The position numbers were made by a program, and so were the translations under genes. DNA of 64,000 nucleotides from Moniliella sp. 'wahieum'. Its lineage: Eukaryota. How positions within the stretch are numbered: the stretch's first letter is position 1; every line of letters starts with the position of its first letter. The notes beneath the pieces are model-generated. The model had not been told where the DNA came from. It saw only the letters and a list, made by a program, of their open reading frames with translations, and made no database searches. The stretch is from NCBI GenBank assembly GCA_003971905.1, contig RSEE01000027.1, positions 248,001-312,000 of the forward strand, written 5' to 3'. This document shows positions 62,991-64,000 of this stretch, piece by piece.

Positions 62991-64000
62991 TCAAGGCATC
63001 GCAAGTGCAGTGACTGACGAGCAATGCCGTGAAGACCTCAAGCTGATCCATAACCGCCTTGAACCTTTTCCTTGACTCCCGCATGCTTGAGGCCGAGGAG
63101 TTGTGTTGGCCAATGCCGGTACTCGCTTGTACTGCGCAGCGGGGATGGACTGATCAACTTTTTCAAGTCCTTTCTGACGTTTGAGTTGGCCGACATCCAA
63201 ACGGCCATCCATTGTTGCAAGCACACCCGCTCTGTTGCCTCGCTCCTTGCGCAAAAGCAAGGTCCGGTGGGCAAGTGGATTCACAGCAAGCGGGGCTTTT
63301 ACGATCCATGACTCTCGTTCAACTCCACGCTGAGCTCAACTTTGTCGAGAACACGCTGATGGTCTGTCTGCTACGCATGGCCAAGGCACGTGGAGGCATG
63401 CCGGTAGTGAAGCACGCGCTTCGCCTCCGGCAGCCTATGTCATTCTACAAGATCTGAGAACCTGATGAAACCACCGACGCGCGCGCCGAGCACGAAGCCA
63501 TCACAGGCAAGAGACGTTATCGCAAACTCCCCGTGCTGGACCAGCACTTTCGTAGCGGCGTCTACTTTTCCTATGCCGCCTGCGTCCTCGTCCTCTCCTT
63601 CCTCCCTGGCCGCGCTCACAAGGTGTTGGAAGGGCTGGGCTACATTGGGGACCGGCAGTTTGCGCTTCAGGTGCTGCAGCGTGCGGGCGGGTGGTCGAAG
63701 ACAAAGCCGTATCCAGCCCTGTCGGCCCAAGAGGAAGGGGTGCGCCGCCGCTGTGTGATATCGTGCTGATCTGCTACCACATTGTCTTGCCAACGTTTGT
63801 GCCGTGTTGATCGACATTGAGTTTGCGGACAAGGTGTTGCAATGGAACTTGCGTCATTTCCCGCACGGCATCTTCTTTCTTTACTTTCAAGCTCGGCTGT
63901 TTGCTGCCAAGCGCTGCCTGAAAAGGCAATCGAGTACTATCGCAACTCGATCGAGGCGCAGCGGAGCTTTAAACAGTTGGACCACATCTCCTTTATCGAT
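62991..64000 (+). CDS. IML2/TTC39 (DUF3808) TPR domain; runs off the window end
   Basis: FLDSRMLEAEELC; KSFLTFE..DIQTA; QLHAEL; DQHFRSGVY; LVLSFLP..KVLEGLGYIGDRQFALQVL; RHFPHGIFFLYFQARL; KAIEYY..SIEAQRSFKQLDHI. Confidence 0.85.

Overview
GC-rich fungal DNA, most likely a basidiomycete of the Ustilaginomycotina (inferred from Adr1-type PKA, the CRAL-TRIO/IML2 arrangement and short spliceosomal introns). Nearly every conserved gene carries several 1-bp frameshifts, consistent with an unpolished long-read consensus, so gene models were stitched across frames and some ends are approximate. Protein genes: STU1/CLASP, a Tda10-like kinase, a conserved coiled-coil protein, a hexose transporter, a DPBB/loosenin-like secreted protein, ATP14, TBP, a Zn2Cys6 transcription factor, PKA catalytic subunit, a Pho85-type cyclin and a CRAL-TRIO + IML2/TTC39 gene. 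RNA genes: two intron-containing tRNA-Tyr and an intronic snR56/U25 C/D snoRNA. Mobile DNA: a near-intact, apparently self-priming Ty3/gypsy chromovirus, related solo LTRs, a Helitron-like element, and a three-LTR tandem TRIM inserted in the TBP coding exon whose PBS matches the anticodon arm of tRNA-Tyr. Most unusual signal: intergenic DNA built on a 7-bp grammar, TNA + 4-bp palindrome + TNA, in which all 16 possible 4-bp palindromes occur.
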